NCBI GenBank assembly: GCA_020050355.1
Contig: JAGVKT010000117.1
Coordinates: forward strand, 12,787 to 76,786
Direction of reading: 5' to 3'
Length of the DNA: 64,000 nucleotides
Source: Gammaproteobacteria bacterium
GTDB taxonomy: Bacteria; Pseudomonadota; Gammaproteobacteria; Francisellales; CACEW01
In this document: positions 46,878-56,547 of the stretch, one piece after another
How positions within the stretch are numbered: position 1 is the stretch's first letter
Layout of the letters: every line of letters starts with the position of its first letter
Position numbers and translations under genes: made by a program
Notes under the pieces: model-generated
The model's database searches: none
The model's input: the letters and a program-made list of their open reading frames with translations, nothing else
Told to the model about the DNA's origin: nothing

Positions 46878-47600
46878 TTATTTTTTTATAAGCATACGTT
46901 CGATATTGCTTAGAATGCCGCGCAGTGTGGTTATTTCAGTATCATCCATTTGAGCGCGTTGAAATAAGCGACGTAGTTTTAGCATCATCACTTCACCGTG
47001 CGGACCTTTTAGAAACTCTACGTCATAAGCTATTTTTTGTAGGTGTTGGTAAAAGCGTTCTAGATTTTCATAAGGTGCCAAAATACGTGTGTCTGTTCGA
47101 GGTGTCTGTAAAGTATTAAATGCCATCATTAATTCGTAACTGGCTACTTGTACTGCTTGTGCTAAATTTAATGAGCTGAATTCAGGATTGGCCGGAATGT
47201 AAACATGATAATGGCAATGTTTTAATTCATCATTGCTAAGGCCAGTGCTTTCGGTGCCAAATAATAAAGAAATCTGATTACCTTTTTCAACTTCTGCAGC
47301 GATGGATAAAGCTGCTTCTCTTAGTGTTAATTGGGGCCATTCAAAAATACGTGAGCGCGCACTGGTACCAAAAATAACTTGTGAGGTAGCGAGCGCTTCA
47401 ACTAAAGTTTTATGTACTTCGGCATTTTCTAGGATATCGGTCGCGCGTGATGCCATTGCGTTTGCTGTGGGCGAAGGAAAATATTGTGGTGCAACTAAAG
47501 CTAATTTTGTTAATCCCATGGTTTTCATGGCACGCGCTACCGCGCCTATATTTCCAGGGTGGATGGGTTTGACTAAAGTAATTTTAACTTTATTGAGCAT
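46878..47600 (-). CDS. trmJ: tRNA (cytidine/uridine-2'-O)-methyltransferase TrmJ
   Basis: 240 aa SPOUT protein (ITLVKPIHPGNIGAVARAMKTMG...LFGTE..GL...SLNLAQAV). Confidence 0.88.
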   Translation of the reverse strand: MLNKVKITLVKPIHPGNIGAVARAMKTMGLTKLALVAPQYFPSPTANAMASRATDILENAEVHKTLVEALATSQVIFGTSARSRIFEWPQLTLREAALSIAAEVEKGNQISLLFGTESTGLSNDELKHCHYHVYIPANPEFSSLNLAQAVQVASYELMMAFNTLQTPRTDTRILAPYENLERFYQHLQKIAYDVEFLKGPHGEVMMLKLRRLFQRAQMDDTEITTLRGILSNIERMLIKK

Positions 47601-48240
47601 TTGTTGGAATTTTTAACCAAGCAGCGAAAAATCTTTGTGCGATCCATTCGCCCCAAAAGACAGAAATAATACCAACATAAGCGCCGAAAATGAGATCGCT
47701 AATGTAATGGTCGGCAAGAATTAAACGTGAGCCTGCGACAATAATAGGAGGAATCAAGCACAAAAGAGTAATCCATTTTTTTCGAAAAAAATGTGCCAAG
47801 GTAAAAAAAAGTGTGAATGCAGTTACTGTGTGGCCCGAGGGAGTGGAGCTATAATCTAGAGAAAAATAATGAAAGCCATATAAATTGTTATTTAAAAGAT
47901 CACAGGGGCGATAGCGAGCGCAGCAAAATTTAATAATCGAGGTGAGGATAAAGGCAAAAATAAGATTAATGCTAAAGGGTAAAATATAATTTCGTAGTTG
48001 AAAGTGCGCTTGTTTTCGTTCCCAGACAGTGTAAATAAAACCTATGATTGCTAAGGCGAACCATAATTCTGGAAGAAATAAAATTTTAAGACACTTGCTG
48101 AACATGATGAGTAAAGGGCTTTGATAATCATGAGAGATAAAATACATTAAGGGAATGTCTAACCAATTAAAGAATAGTGCATAAATGAGTGCAGTGATGA
48201 TGAGCCAAAAGAGGGACATTCTAAGTGGAGTTTTGTTCAT
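47590..48240 (-). CDS. PAP2-family membrane phosphatase
   Basis: 216 aa, polytopic. All three PAP2 motifs are present: K..CCARYRP, PSGH (TPSGHT), and SR....DHY.SD (GSRLILADHYISD). Confidence 0.8.
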   Translation of the reverse strand: MNKTPLRMSLFWLIITALIYALFFNWLDIPLMYFISHDYQSPLLIMFSKCLKILFLPELWFALAIIGFIYTVWERKQAHFQLRNYILPFSINLIFAFILTSIIKFCCARYRPCDLLNNNLYGFHYFSLDYSSTPSGHTVTAFTLFFTLAHFFRKKWITLLCLIPPIIVAGSRLILADHYISDLIFGAYVGIISVFWGEWIAQRFFAAWLKIPTNAQ

Positions 48241-48378
48241 AGTTTTTTGTTAGTGGACATCTCGAAAAACTAATCTGAAGGCAGAAAGATAGCTTTTCGA
48301 GAGGGGTCCTTATTGAATTATTTATTTTTGATAGAATGCTATAATATACCACTCTTACTTTAAGATGCGAGAACTTTA

Positions 48379-49065
48379 ATGCATGATACTGAAGCGCATA
48401 TTCAATTGAGTGAGAGCTGGAAAGTTCGTCTAAAAGACGAATTCTCCGAGCCCTATATGCAAGAGCTAAAGAAATTTTTATTAGCAGAGAAGGCTGCGGG
48501 AAAGATAATTTACCCAAAAGGTTCAGATATTTTCAATGCATTAAATAGCGTTCCATTTGAACGTGTAAAAGTGGTTATCCTGGGCCAAGATCCTTATCAT
48601 GGGCCGAATCAAGCGCATGGTTTGTGTTTTTCTGTGCAAAAGGGAATTCAAACACCGCCTTCTCTTAAAAATATTTATAAAGAATTAGCTGTTGATGTAG
48701 GTGTCACACCTCCCAATCATGGATGTCTAGAGGATTGGACGCATGAGGGGGTTTTATTGCTTAATAGCGTATTAACGGTAGAACAAAATAAACCTGGTAG
48801 TCATCAGGGTAAAGGCTGGGAGCAATTTACCGATCGCATTGTTTCGTTATTAAATAAAGAACGTGAACACTTAGTGTTTTTGTTGTGGGGTAGTTATGCT
48901 AAAAAGAAAGGTGCTATTGTGGATCGGCATAAGCATTTAGTTCTTGAAGCTGCGCATCCTTCGCCTTTTTCAGTTACAGGCTTTCTTGGTTGTCGTCATT
49001 TTTCGCAAGCGAATCACTATCTAGAAGCGCATGGCCTTGCGCCTATTCGTTGGCAAATTCATTAA
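48379..49065 (+). CDS. ung: Uracil-DNA glycosylase
   Basis: 228 aa with GQDPYHGPNQAHGLCFSV and HPSPFS motifs. Confidence 0.96.
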   Translation: MHDTEAHIQLSESWKVRLKDEFSEPYMQELKKFLLAEKAAGKIIYPKGSDIFNALNSVPFERVKVVILGQDPYHGPNQAHGLCFSVQKGIQTPPSLKNIYKELAVDVGVTPPNHGCLEDWTHEGVLLLNSVLTVEQNKPGSHQGKGWEQFTDRIVSLLNKEREHLVFLLWGSYAKKKGAIVDRHKHLVLEAAHPSPFSVTGFLGCRHFSQANHYLEAHGLAPIRWQIH

Positions 49066-49076
49066 GAACTTTGATT

Positions 49077-49814
49077 ATGCTTAAAATTGATAAATTTAAT
49101 CTTACTTATCAGCAGCGCGTATTGTTTGATGCTTTTGGTTTTGAAATTGCGAGTGAAGAGTGGGTAGTGCTTTTAGGTCAAAGTGGCGTGGGTAAGACGA
49201 GTTTATTACGAATGATTGCTGCGTTGCCACTTGCTTTTTCGGAGTCGAATACAGAAATTCAAGGTGAGGTGTATTGGCAAGGCAAAAAAAATATTCTTGG
49301 TAATGTAGCTTATATGGCGCAGCAAGATGGCTTATTTCCTTGGCTTTCAGTGCTTGATAATGTCTTGATTCCTTTGCGTCTTCAAGGGCGTAACTTTAGT
49401 GAAGAAGAAGCAAAAAAATTGCTTGTGCATATGGGGCTTAAAGATTTCTTGCGGTATCGCCCTGGTATGCTTTCGGGAGGAATGCGGCAGCGGGTTGCTT
49501 TAGCTCGGACTCTTGTGCAAGATAAGCCTATTTTATTAATGGATGAGCCTTTTTCGGCTTTAGATGCCTTGACGCGATTAGAAATGCAAAATTTGCTTTT
49601 TACTTTGGTACGGCCGTTGAAAAAGCTTTTAATTATGGTGACGCATGATCCTTGGGAAGCATTGAAAATTGCTGATCGTGTTATAGTGTTAAGTGGTGCA
49701 CCTGTAACTATAACTTATACGGTGCAATTACCAAAAAGTTTGTCAGTTCGTGAGCTTACTCCTGAATTACTTGAGCGGTATCAAGAAATTCTATCTGCGC
49801 TGGGGCGCTCATAA
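49077..49814 (+). CDS. ABC transporter ATP-binding protein (NitT/TauT-like)
   Basis: Start set to the ATG at 49077 (MLKIDKFNL...), because the longer ORF overlaps ung. Walker A GQSGVGKTS, signature LSGGMRQR, Walker B ILLMDEPFSALD. Confidence 0.85.
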   Translation: MLKIDKFNLTYQQRVLFDAFGFEIASEEWVVLLGQSGVGKTSLLRMIAALPLAFSESNTEIQGEVYWQGKKNILGNVAYMAQQDGLFPWLSVLDNVLIPLRLQGRNFSEEEAKKLLVHMGLKDFLRYRPGMLSGGMRQRVALARTLVQDKPILLMDEPFSALDALTRLEMQNLLFTLVRPLKKLLIMVTHDPWEALKIADRVIVLSGAPVTITYTVQLPKSLSVRELTPELLERYQEILSALGRS

Positions 49815-49872
49815 TCTTTTGGTTTCAGAGTGCCTTATGTTAAAATATTCTGTCGGTTTTTAAGAGTGATAT

Positions 49873-51030
49873 ATGGGTAATTTTGAATTTCATGCACCTA
49901 CTCGGGTAGTTTTTGGTCAGCAGCAAATTAGTAAGTTAGGAGAATTAATCCCAGCCAAAGCTCGTGTACTTTTATTGTATGGCCAAGGCAGTATTAAGAA
50001 AAATGGTGCTTATGATGAAGTTAAGCAGGCATTATTAGCGCATGAGCTTTTTGAATTTTGTGGCATTGCGCCTAATCCAGAATATGAAACTTTACTTGAA
50101 GCACTTGCGATTATTAAAAAAAATAATATTGATTTTATCTTATCTGTTGGAGGTGGATCGATAATTGATGCGGGGAAATTTTTGGCGGCTGCCGCTTGTT
50201 TTGTTGGAGATCCTTGGGAAATTGTATTAAGTGGCGGTAAGTTGATTCATGAATCTTTGCCTCATGGTGCAGTGCTTACCTTGCCTGCTGCAGGTTCGGA
50301 GATGAATCGCTGGGCGGTGATAACGCGCTGTGCTCTGAAAATAAAACGAGACTTTACGCATCCAAGTTTATTTTTGCGTTTTGTTATTATGGACCCGACT
50401 AAAACCTTTTCATTGCCTCCTAAGCAAATTTGTAATGGTATTATTGATGCTTGCGTGCATGTGTTGGAACAATATGTGACTTTGCCTATGGATGCACCGC
50501 TTCATGAGCGTCAGGCTGAAGCTGTTTTGCTCACCTTAATTGAACAGGGGCGGCGTATTTTGAGACATCCGGATGATTATCAGGCGCGAGCAAATTTTAT
50601 GTGGGCAGCCACAGCGGCGCTTAATGGGCATCTTGATGCGGGTATTGTTTCTGATTGGACAGCGCATATTATTGGGCATGAGCTTACAGCATTGTATGGT
50701 TTAGCGCATGCTGAAAGTTTAGCGGTCTTGGTCCCTGCGACCTTTAAAATATTGCGGATGTTTAAGCGTGAGCGACTCATTCAATATGGCCGCAATATTT
50801 GGCATTTAAACGATGATGATCCTGAAGTTTTGATTACGAATGCTATTCAAGCAACTGAAGATTTTTTTGTTGAAGTGGGTGCCATAGTGCGTTTGCGGTA
50901 TTATGGTATTGATAAAAATGACTTTAGCATGATCGCTAATAAAATAGAGGCTCAGGGGCTTTTGCCTTTGGGTGAGCGGCGTAATGTAGATAAAGAGTTA
51001 ATTATAAAAATTTTAGAAGCCGCGTATTAA
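49873..51030 (+). CDS. Iron-containing (group III) alcohol dehydrogenase, YqhD/butanol-dehydrogenase-like
   Basis: 385 aa with GGGSIIDAGKF and a His-rich metal site (HIIGHELTALYGLAH). Confidence 0.85.
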   Translation: MGNFEFHAPTRVVFGQQQISKLGELIPAKARVLLLYGQGSIKKNGAYDEVKQALLAHELFEFCGIAPNPEYETLLEALAIIKKNNIDFILSVGGGSIIDAGKFLAAAACFVGDPWEIVLSGGKLIHESLPHGAVLTLPAAGSEMNRWAVITRCALKIKRDFTHPSLFLRFVIMDPTKTFSLPPKQICNGIIDACVHVLEQYVTLPMDAPLHERQAEAVLLTLIEQGRRILRHPDDYQARANFMWAATAALNGHLDAGIVSDWTAHIIGHELTALYGLAHAESLAVLVPATFKILRMFKRERLIQYGRNIWHLNDDDPEVLITNAIQATEDFFVEVGAIVRLRYYGIDKNDFSMIANKIEAQGLLPLGERRNVDKELIIKILEAAY

Positions 51031-51065
51031 ATAGGAGTGCTGATATTAACAATAATAATGATGAT

Positions 51066-51575
51066 GTGGTCTTGGTAAATGAGCACGATGAAGTGATCGG
51101 TCAAGCTGAAAAATTAGCAGCGCATCAACAAGGTTTATTGCATCGTGCTTTTTCGGTCATGTTGTATCGTAAGTGTGGTGAGGAGTTGGAGTTTTTATTA
51201 CAACAACGAGCACTTGATAAATATCATTGTGGTGGGCTTTGGGCCAATACTTGTTGTAGTCATCCCCGGTTTGGTGAAACGCCTTTAGCTGCGGGTGAGC
51301 GTCGTTTAGAAGAAGAGTTAGGTGTTCGTATCGCTTTGCGAGAGATCGGTCATTTTGTGTATAAAGCTCATTTTGATAATGGTTTAACGGAATATGAATT
51401 TGATCATGTTTTAGTGGCTGAATATTCGCTTACGCCGCAAGATTTTAATTCTTCTGAAATCATGGCCTTGCAATGGATGCGCGCTCAAGATTTGGCGCAG
51501 GCACTCACTTTGTCTCCTAAGACTTATACGCCCTGGTTGGCACAGGTCTATCAATGTTGTTTACAGCATATTTAA
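51066..51575 (+). CDS. idi: Isopentenyl-diphosphate delta-isomerase, type 1 (Nudix)
   Basis: 169 aa with HRAFSVML, the WANTCCSHP catalytic Cys, and EYEFDHV. The GTG start is uncertain. Confidence 0.85.
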   Translation: MVLVNEHDEVIGQAEKLAAHQQGLLHRAFSVMLYRKCGEELEFLLQQRALDKYHCGGLWANTCCSHPRFGETPLAAGERRLEEELGVRIALREIGHFVYKAHFDNGLTEYEFDHVLVAEYSLTPQDFNSSEIMALQWMRAQDLAQALTLSPKTYTPWLAQVYQCCLQHI

Positions 51576-51785
51576 TTGCTTTTCTCTCGGATTCTTCTTT
51601 TTCCTCATGATTGTATCGTTGTGTGGCAGCTATTTTGAGCCTGATCCTGTGTTAGGTCGCATCGTGATTTCCACTGAATGATGCTTATATTTGGTATATA
51701 CCTAATGCATTTTAATGAGTGAGTTTGGTTCTGTATGTAGGAAAAGGCGGTTTTTCCAGAATCATTTATGTTTTTGTTATTTAAA

Positions 51786-51814
51786 TTGACAAATATCGAT
51801 TATCGATAAATAAT
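51786..51814 (+). promoter_or_regulatory. Putative higBA promoter with an embedded tandem ATCGAT operator
   Basis: TTGACA (51786-51791), then the 17-nt spacer AATATCGATTATCGATA containing two ATCGAT palindromes, then AATAAT (51809-51814). It lies 25 nt upstream of the higB ATG. Confidence 0.45.
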
Positions 51815-51838
51815 AGTGAAAATATCCTTGGTGGGCTC

Positions 51839-52123
51839 ATGGTGATTCAAAGTTTTGCTGATGAATTGGTGGAGAATATTTATAATGGATTGATTTATGA
51901 AGATTTTATTCCGCGGGAGTTACAGCAAAAGCTGGTGCGGATGTTTGATTATCTTAACGCAATTACTGATGTTCGTACAATAAAAATTCTGGGGATCGAT
52001 AATTTTTCTCGTGATCCTGGTGGCGTTTGGAGCGTTAATGTAAGTCCGCAATGGCGCATCGCGTTTAAGTGGTTTGAAGGGGATATTTATAATTTAGAAC
52101 TGATAAGGATTGATGCGTCATGA
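51839..52123 (+). CDS. higB: HigB-type toxin (RelE/ParE superfamily 'killer protein')
   Basis: 94 aa. The pattern ...PGGVWSVNVSPQWRIAFKWFEGDIYNLELI matches HigB/COG3549 (...G.WS.R....WRI.F.....D.......DYH). Confidence 0.8.
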   Translation: MVIQSFADELVENIYNGLIYEDFIPRELQQKLVRMFDYLNAITDVRTIKILGIDNFSRDPGGVWSVNVSPQWRIAFKWFEGDIYNLELIRIDAS

Positions 52124-52407
52124 TTTTGCCTACGCATAGAAAGCCGACGCATCCTGGAGAGATGCTCTGGGAGGAATTTTTAAAGCCGTTAAATATTTCT
52201 CAAAAAAAATTGGCCACGCATTTGGGTTGGACTACCGCAAGGCTTAATGAAATTATTCACGGCAAGCGTGGCATAACTGCAGAATCTGCTTTTGCGTTAG
52301 CTGATGCTTTTGAAGTTGCTCCAGAATTTTGGTTAAGTTTGCAAGTAGTTTGGGATTTATGGCATGCAGCACAGAATCGAAAAATAATTGCCCCTCTTGC
52401 TTATTAA
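52120..52407 (+). CDS. higA: HigA-type antitoxin (XRE HTH)
   Basis: 95 aa with HPGEMLWEEFLKPLNISQKKLATHLGWTTARLNEIIHGKRGITAESAFALADAF. Overlaps higB by 4 nt. Confidence 0.85.
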   Translation: MILPTHRKPTHPGEMLWEEFLKPLNISQKKLATHLGWTTARLNEIIHGKRGITAESAFALADAFEVAPEFWLSLQVVWDLWHAAQNRKIIAPLAY

Positions 52408-53204
52408 TTTTTGACGCTGAATTTTGCTTTTGTTTCTAAGCACATTGCCGTTAGTTCTTTACCCCAAACCGCTCCTGTATCCAAAGCGAAGGCGTGTGGG
52501 TGCGTTGATCGGCCTTGTAGTGATGCCCAGTGTCCAAAGATAATGTTTTGAGTTGCAGTTTTCCGTCCAGGAACGAGAAACCAAGGATAAAAATTTGCGG
52601 GACAATTTAGGTCTTTTGTTTTTAAATCTAGATGTCCAGCTTGATCGCAAAAGCGAATCCGAGTTAGATAATTGGTGATCACGCGAATTCTGATAAACCC
52701 CTGTAATTGATCGTTCCAGAGATTGGGGGCATTGCCGTACATGTGTCTTAAATATTCGCTAGCCTCAGTGCTTTTTAATGCGGTGCTTACCTCGTTTGCT
52801 AATGTTAATGCTTGCTCCAGAGACCACATAGGGGCAAAGCCAGCATGAACCATTGTGTAATTTAGGATTGGGTCATAATGTACCAGAGGTTGCTGTTGTA
52901 GCCAATTTATTAATTCTTCTCGATCAGGAGCGCTTAAAATATCGCCTACAGTATCTTCTGAAGTAAGGTTGCTAACACCAAAATGAAGTGCGAGTAAGTG
53001 TAAATCATGGTTGCCGAGGACGCATATGGCTTTATTTTTTAAGTCTTTTATAAAGCGTAGGGTATTTAGTGAATCGGGGCCGCGGTTTACTAAATCTCCG
53101 ACAAACCACAAAGTATCTTGCTTCGGATTAAAATTTAATTTTTCTAGCAAATGCATTAAAGGCTTAAAGCAGCCCTGAACATCGCCTATAGCATAAGTGG
53201 ACAA
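52404..53204 (-). CDS. apaH: Bis(5'-nucleosyl)-tetraphosphatase, symmetrical (Ap4A hydrolase)
   Basis: 266 aa with MSTYAIGDVQGC, GDLVNRGPDS and GNHDLH metallophosphoesterase motifs. Confidence 0.93.
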   Translation of the reverse strand: MSTYAIGDVQGCFKPLMHLLEKLNFNPKQDTLWFVGDLVNRGPDSLNTLRFIKDLKNKAICVLGNHDLHLLALHFGVSNLTSEDTVGDILSAPDREELINWLQQQPLVHYDPILNYTMVHAGFAPMWSLEQALTLANEVSTALKSTEASEYLRHMYGNAPNLWNDQLQGFIRIRVITNYLTRIRFCDQAGHLDLKTKDLNCPANFYPWFLVPGRKTATQNIIFGHWASLQGRSTHPHAFALDTGAVWGKELTAMCLETKAKFSVKN

Positions 53205-53219
53205 ATGTGCTCCTTAGAT

Positions 53220-54524
53220 TTATTGAGCTTTTTTAGGTTTAATCATTACGCAGGAGCGTACAAAAGGTCCGTTTTCACAAAAGCTGCGTTTAGGATCTTG
53301 CGGATAACTGCTAAAACGTGGATCGAGCTCAGGTAAAGTCGCCGTAGCTTTAATGTGATACAGAGGGTCTGCTTCATAATGAAAAAAATCAAAATCCGTG
53401 TTACTGATGAGGTGGTATAGGCTGTTTGTTCGTTCTTCTAAGCGTTTTTGAAAGCGTTCCAATAGGTATTTAACGTTTCGTGCATCCTCAAGAACATTAC
53501 GGAAATTATGGCCTGGCGTTAATGAAAGTAAGGTAGGTAGCATTAAAGAATAATAAACAGCCTCGCCTTGGTTTCGATTCAGATACGTAGGTGCGAGGAT
53601 GGTGGGGATGTAGTGTTTGAGTTTGTAATTTTCAAGATATGCTTTTTCAATGATATTAATAGGGGCAGTATCTGTGTCCTCGTGATTTAAGGGCTTGAAT
53701 CCTAGCAGTGCTCCTGCGGCGATATCGATTAAATGTTTTACAGATTCTAGGATGTAGACGTTAGGTTTTAGGCGGGTCTCGGCTTGGGTTTGTGTTAAAA
53801 TTTGCCAGATTACTTCAAAGGTAATGTGATTGCGTAAGTGCATTGAGTTATGCCATTCTTGCTGTAAGCACGTGTAATGAAATTGAGCCCATTCTTTTTT
53901 AGGCATGGCTTCAAACCATCCTCTGCCTAAATATAAAACGTCACATTGCCAATCATTTTTTATGCGTTCTGAATCTGTGATGCTCTTAAATAAATTGCCT
54001 TGTTGAAACATGTTGTGTGGAGGATAAGATGCGTTAATGTTTAATAATCGTTGCATCCTTCCGTGACTTGCGCTATCCATAGCTTTCGGGACTAAAAATA
54101 ATGTTCGTGCTCCTGCGGCAATATCCCACATTTGATGGCGATAGGGTGAGTTTGGAGCATCCAAAAGCTCCCATAAACCATACATATCGCCTTTGTTAAA
54201 GATATGTAGTGGATGCACACGTGCTTCAAAGTTTACAAAAACCTCGGCGTTTTTATTCAAAAAAATGCCTGCGATCATTTTGGCATAACTAAATTCAGTT
54301 TTAAAAGGTTCTGGCAGGTCGACTTGATCTATTGGAAATAGCTGATTATTAATCGGTAATTGCGTAGTGCCGCTTTTAGCAATCAAGTCACCAAATTTGT
54401 AGCTTGCAAGATATAGCCTAGCCGATTGTTGAGTGGCCGCGGCATCCATAGCCTCAAAAAAATTCGGATTGATTTGTTTGATTTGATCTTTGACTTCTTC
54501 CCAAGAAACTTCGCGAATCGCCAT
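53220..54524 (-). CDS. Hypothetical protein (434 aa), unknown family
   Basis: Long uninterrupted ORF with ordinary composition and no motif I recognise. It ends 15 nt upstream of the apaH start on the same strand. Confidence 0.6.
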   Translation of the reverse strand: MAIREVSWEEVKDQIKQINPNFFEAMDAAATQQSARLYLASYKFGDLIAKSGTTQLPINNQLFPIDQVDLPEPFKTEFSYAKMIAGIFLNKNAEVFVNFEARVHPLHIFNKGDMYGLWELLDAPNSPYRHQMWDIAAGARTLFLVPKAMDSASHGRMQRLLNINASYPPHNMFQQGNLFKSITDSERIKNDWQCDVLYLGRGWFEAMPKKEWAQFHYTCLQQEWHNSMHLRNHITFEVIWQILTQTQAETRLKPNVYILESVKHLIDIAAGALLGFKPLNHEDTDTAPINIIEKAYLENYKLKHYIPTILAPTYLNRNQGEAVYYSLMLPTLLSLTPGHNFRNVLEDARNVKYLLERFQKRLEERTNSLYHLISNTDFDFFHYEADPLYHIKATATLPELDPRFSSYPQDPKRSFCENGPFVRSCVMIKPKKAQ

Positions 54525-54681
54525 GAACTTCCAACCTGAAAACTAGCGTGTCTTAAGCTTATAACATATGCGTCGTGCTGACAATAAGATTGTTTTTAAA
54601 ATTCGTGTTTTGATATTTTACTTATTTGTGAATAAAATATTTTTTTGATAAAATTGGACACTTTTTCTAAAAAGATTTATT

Positions 54682-56547
54682 GTGATATATGATAAGGTTT
54701 TTGATGTAATTGTCGTTGGCGGTGGGCATGCTGGAACTGAAGCTGCTTGTGCTGCTGCGCGAATGGGGATGCAGACATTGCTTCTGACTCATAATATTGA
54801 AACCTTAGGGCAAATGTCTTGTAATCCCGCTTTTGGAGGTATTGGTAAAGGACATCTCGTGAAAGAGATTGATGCTCTGGGTGGGCTTATGGCGCTTTGT
54901 GTCGATGAAGCTGCAATTCAGATGCGTGTTTTAAATAGTAGTAAGGGCCCTGCGGTGCGCGCAACCCGTGCTCAGGCCGATCGTTTGCTTTATAAATCGG
55001 CTGTTCGAGTACGCCTTGAGCGCTATCCTAATTTAACGCTGTTTCAGCAAGCGGTTGATGATTTAATTATTGTAGGCGAGCAAATAAAAGGTGTAGTTAC
55101 GCAAATGGGTTTGCGCTTTCATGCGCCTGCTGTGGTATTGACGGCGGGGACTTTTTTAGGCGGAAAAATTCATATTGGTATGCAAAATCACGCAGGTGGA
55201 CGGGCGGGAGACCCGCCTTCGATTGCTTTGGCAGCGCGTTTGCGCGAATTGCCTTTTCGCGTAGGGCGTTTAAAAACAGGGACGCCGCCACGTATTGATG
55301 GTAAAACTGTCAATTTTGAGGGTTTGGCAAAACAAGAAAGTGATCAGCCTTTACCGGTGTTTTCTTTTATGGGGCGTCGAGAGCAGCATTCGCAACAGAT
55401 TCCCTGTTATATTACCCACACGAATGAAAAAACCCATGACATCATTCGTAAGAATTTACATTTATCACCTATGTATGCAGGTATTATTGAGGGTGTTGGT
55501 CCACGTTATTGTCCTTCCATAGAAGATAAAGTAGTACGCTTTGCCGATAAAAATCAACATCAGATTTTTGTTGAGCCAGAAGGTTTAACTACGACTGAGC
55601 TTTATCCTAATGGTATTTCTACAAGTTTGCCTTTTGAGGTGCAAATTCAAATTGTGCGTTCGATGAAAGGCTTTGAGCAAGCGCATATTATTCGTCCCGG
55701 TTACGCAATTGAATATGATTATTTTGATCCGCGTGATTTAAAACCTTCGTTGGAAACGAAATTTATCCAAGGCTTGTTCTTTGCTGGGCAAATTAACGGC
55801 ACCACAGGTTATGAAGAAGCAGGTGCGCAGGGAATTTTAGCGGGTATTAATGCGGGCTGTTATGTCAAAAACATAGAGCCCTGGGTTCCTGCGCGCAATC
55901 AGGCGTATATTGGTGTTTTGGTTGACGATTTGAATACTTGCGGTACGGTCGAGCCTTATAGAATGTTTACCAGTCGCGCCGAGTATCGATTGCAGTTGCG
56001 CGAAGATAATGCCGATGCGCGGCTCACCCCTCGAGCGCGAGCTTTAGGCCTAATTGATGATAAACGCTGGGCGGCTTTTGAAGCAAAGCAAGAAGCTATT
56101 TTAAAAGAATCTGCGCGTTTGCAAGCCTATGTGGTTCAGCCTGATTCATCTACGGCCTTAAATTTAAAAGCGCGTAAAAATATTGAGCTTCAACGTGAAT
56201 ATCATGCCTTGGAGTTGCTAAAGCGGCCTGAGGTAACTTATGCGGATTTGCATGAAGCTATTGATCCTGAAGTTTCTGAGGATGTAGCTGAACAAATCAC
56301 AATTGCAGTGAAGTATGCAGGTTATATTGAGCGCCAACATCAAGAAGTCGAACGGCATAAGCGTTATGAGTCTTTGTTGATTCCTGAGCGTTTTGATTAT
56401 GAAAAAATGCCAAGTTTGTCAGCAGAAGTACGGCAAAAATTACAGCAAGTCAGACCTGTGACTTTAGGTCAGGCGAGTCGGATTCCGGGTGTTACGCCTG
56501 CGTCTATTTCATTGTTGCTTATTTATCTAAAAAAGAAATCTTTCTGA
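54682..56547 (+). CDS. mnmG: tRNA uridine-5-carboxymethylaminomethyl modification enzyme MnmG (GidA)
   Basis: 621 aa with [19 protein letters not shown]-binding motif and a GidA signature throughout. GTG start. Confidence 0.96.
   Translation: MIYDKVFDVIVVGGGHAGTEAACAAARMGMQTLLLTHNIETLGQMSCNPAFGGIGKGHLVKEIDALGGLMALCVDEAAIQMRVLNSSKGPAVRATRAQADRLLYKSAVRVRLERYPNLTLFQQAVDDLIIVGEQIKGVVTQMGLRFHAPAVVLTAGTFLGGKIHIGMQNHAGGRAGDPPSIALAARLRELPFRVGRLKTGTPPRIDGKTVNFEGLAKQESDQPLPVFSFMGRREQHSQQIPCYITHTNEKTHDIIRKNLHLSPMYAGIIEGVGPRYCPSIEDKVVRFADKNQHQIFVEPEGLTTTELYPNGISTSLPFEVQIQIVRSMKGFEQAHIIRPGYAIEYDYFDPRDLKPSLETKFIQGLFFAGQINGTTGYEEAGAQGILAGINAGCYVKNIEPWVPARNQAYIGVLVDDLNTCGTVEPYRMFTSRAEYRLQLREDNADARLTPRARALGLIDDKRWAAFEAKQEAILKESARLQAYVVQPDSSTALNLKARKNIELQREYHALELLKRPEVTYADLHEAIDPEVSEDVAEQITIAVKYAGYIERQHQEVERHKRYESLLIPERFDYEKMPSLSAEVRQKLQQVRPVTLGQASRIPGVTPASISLLLIYLKKKSF

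Noticed and set aside
51033-51068. An alternative upstream start for idi (ATT at 51045, 7 nt after AGGAG at 51033-51037).
   Set aside because: ATT initiation is very rare. The GTG at 51066 gives a normal Idi N-terminus (VLVNEHDEVIG). It cannot be decided from sequence alone, so I kept the ORF-track coordinates.
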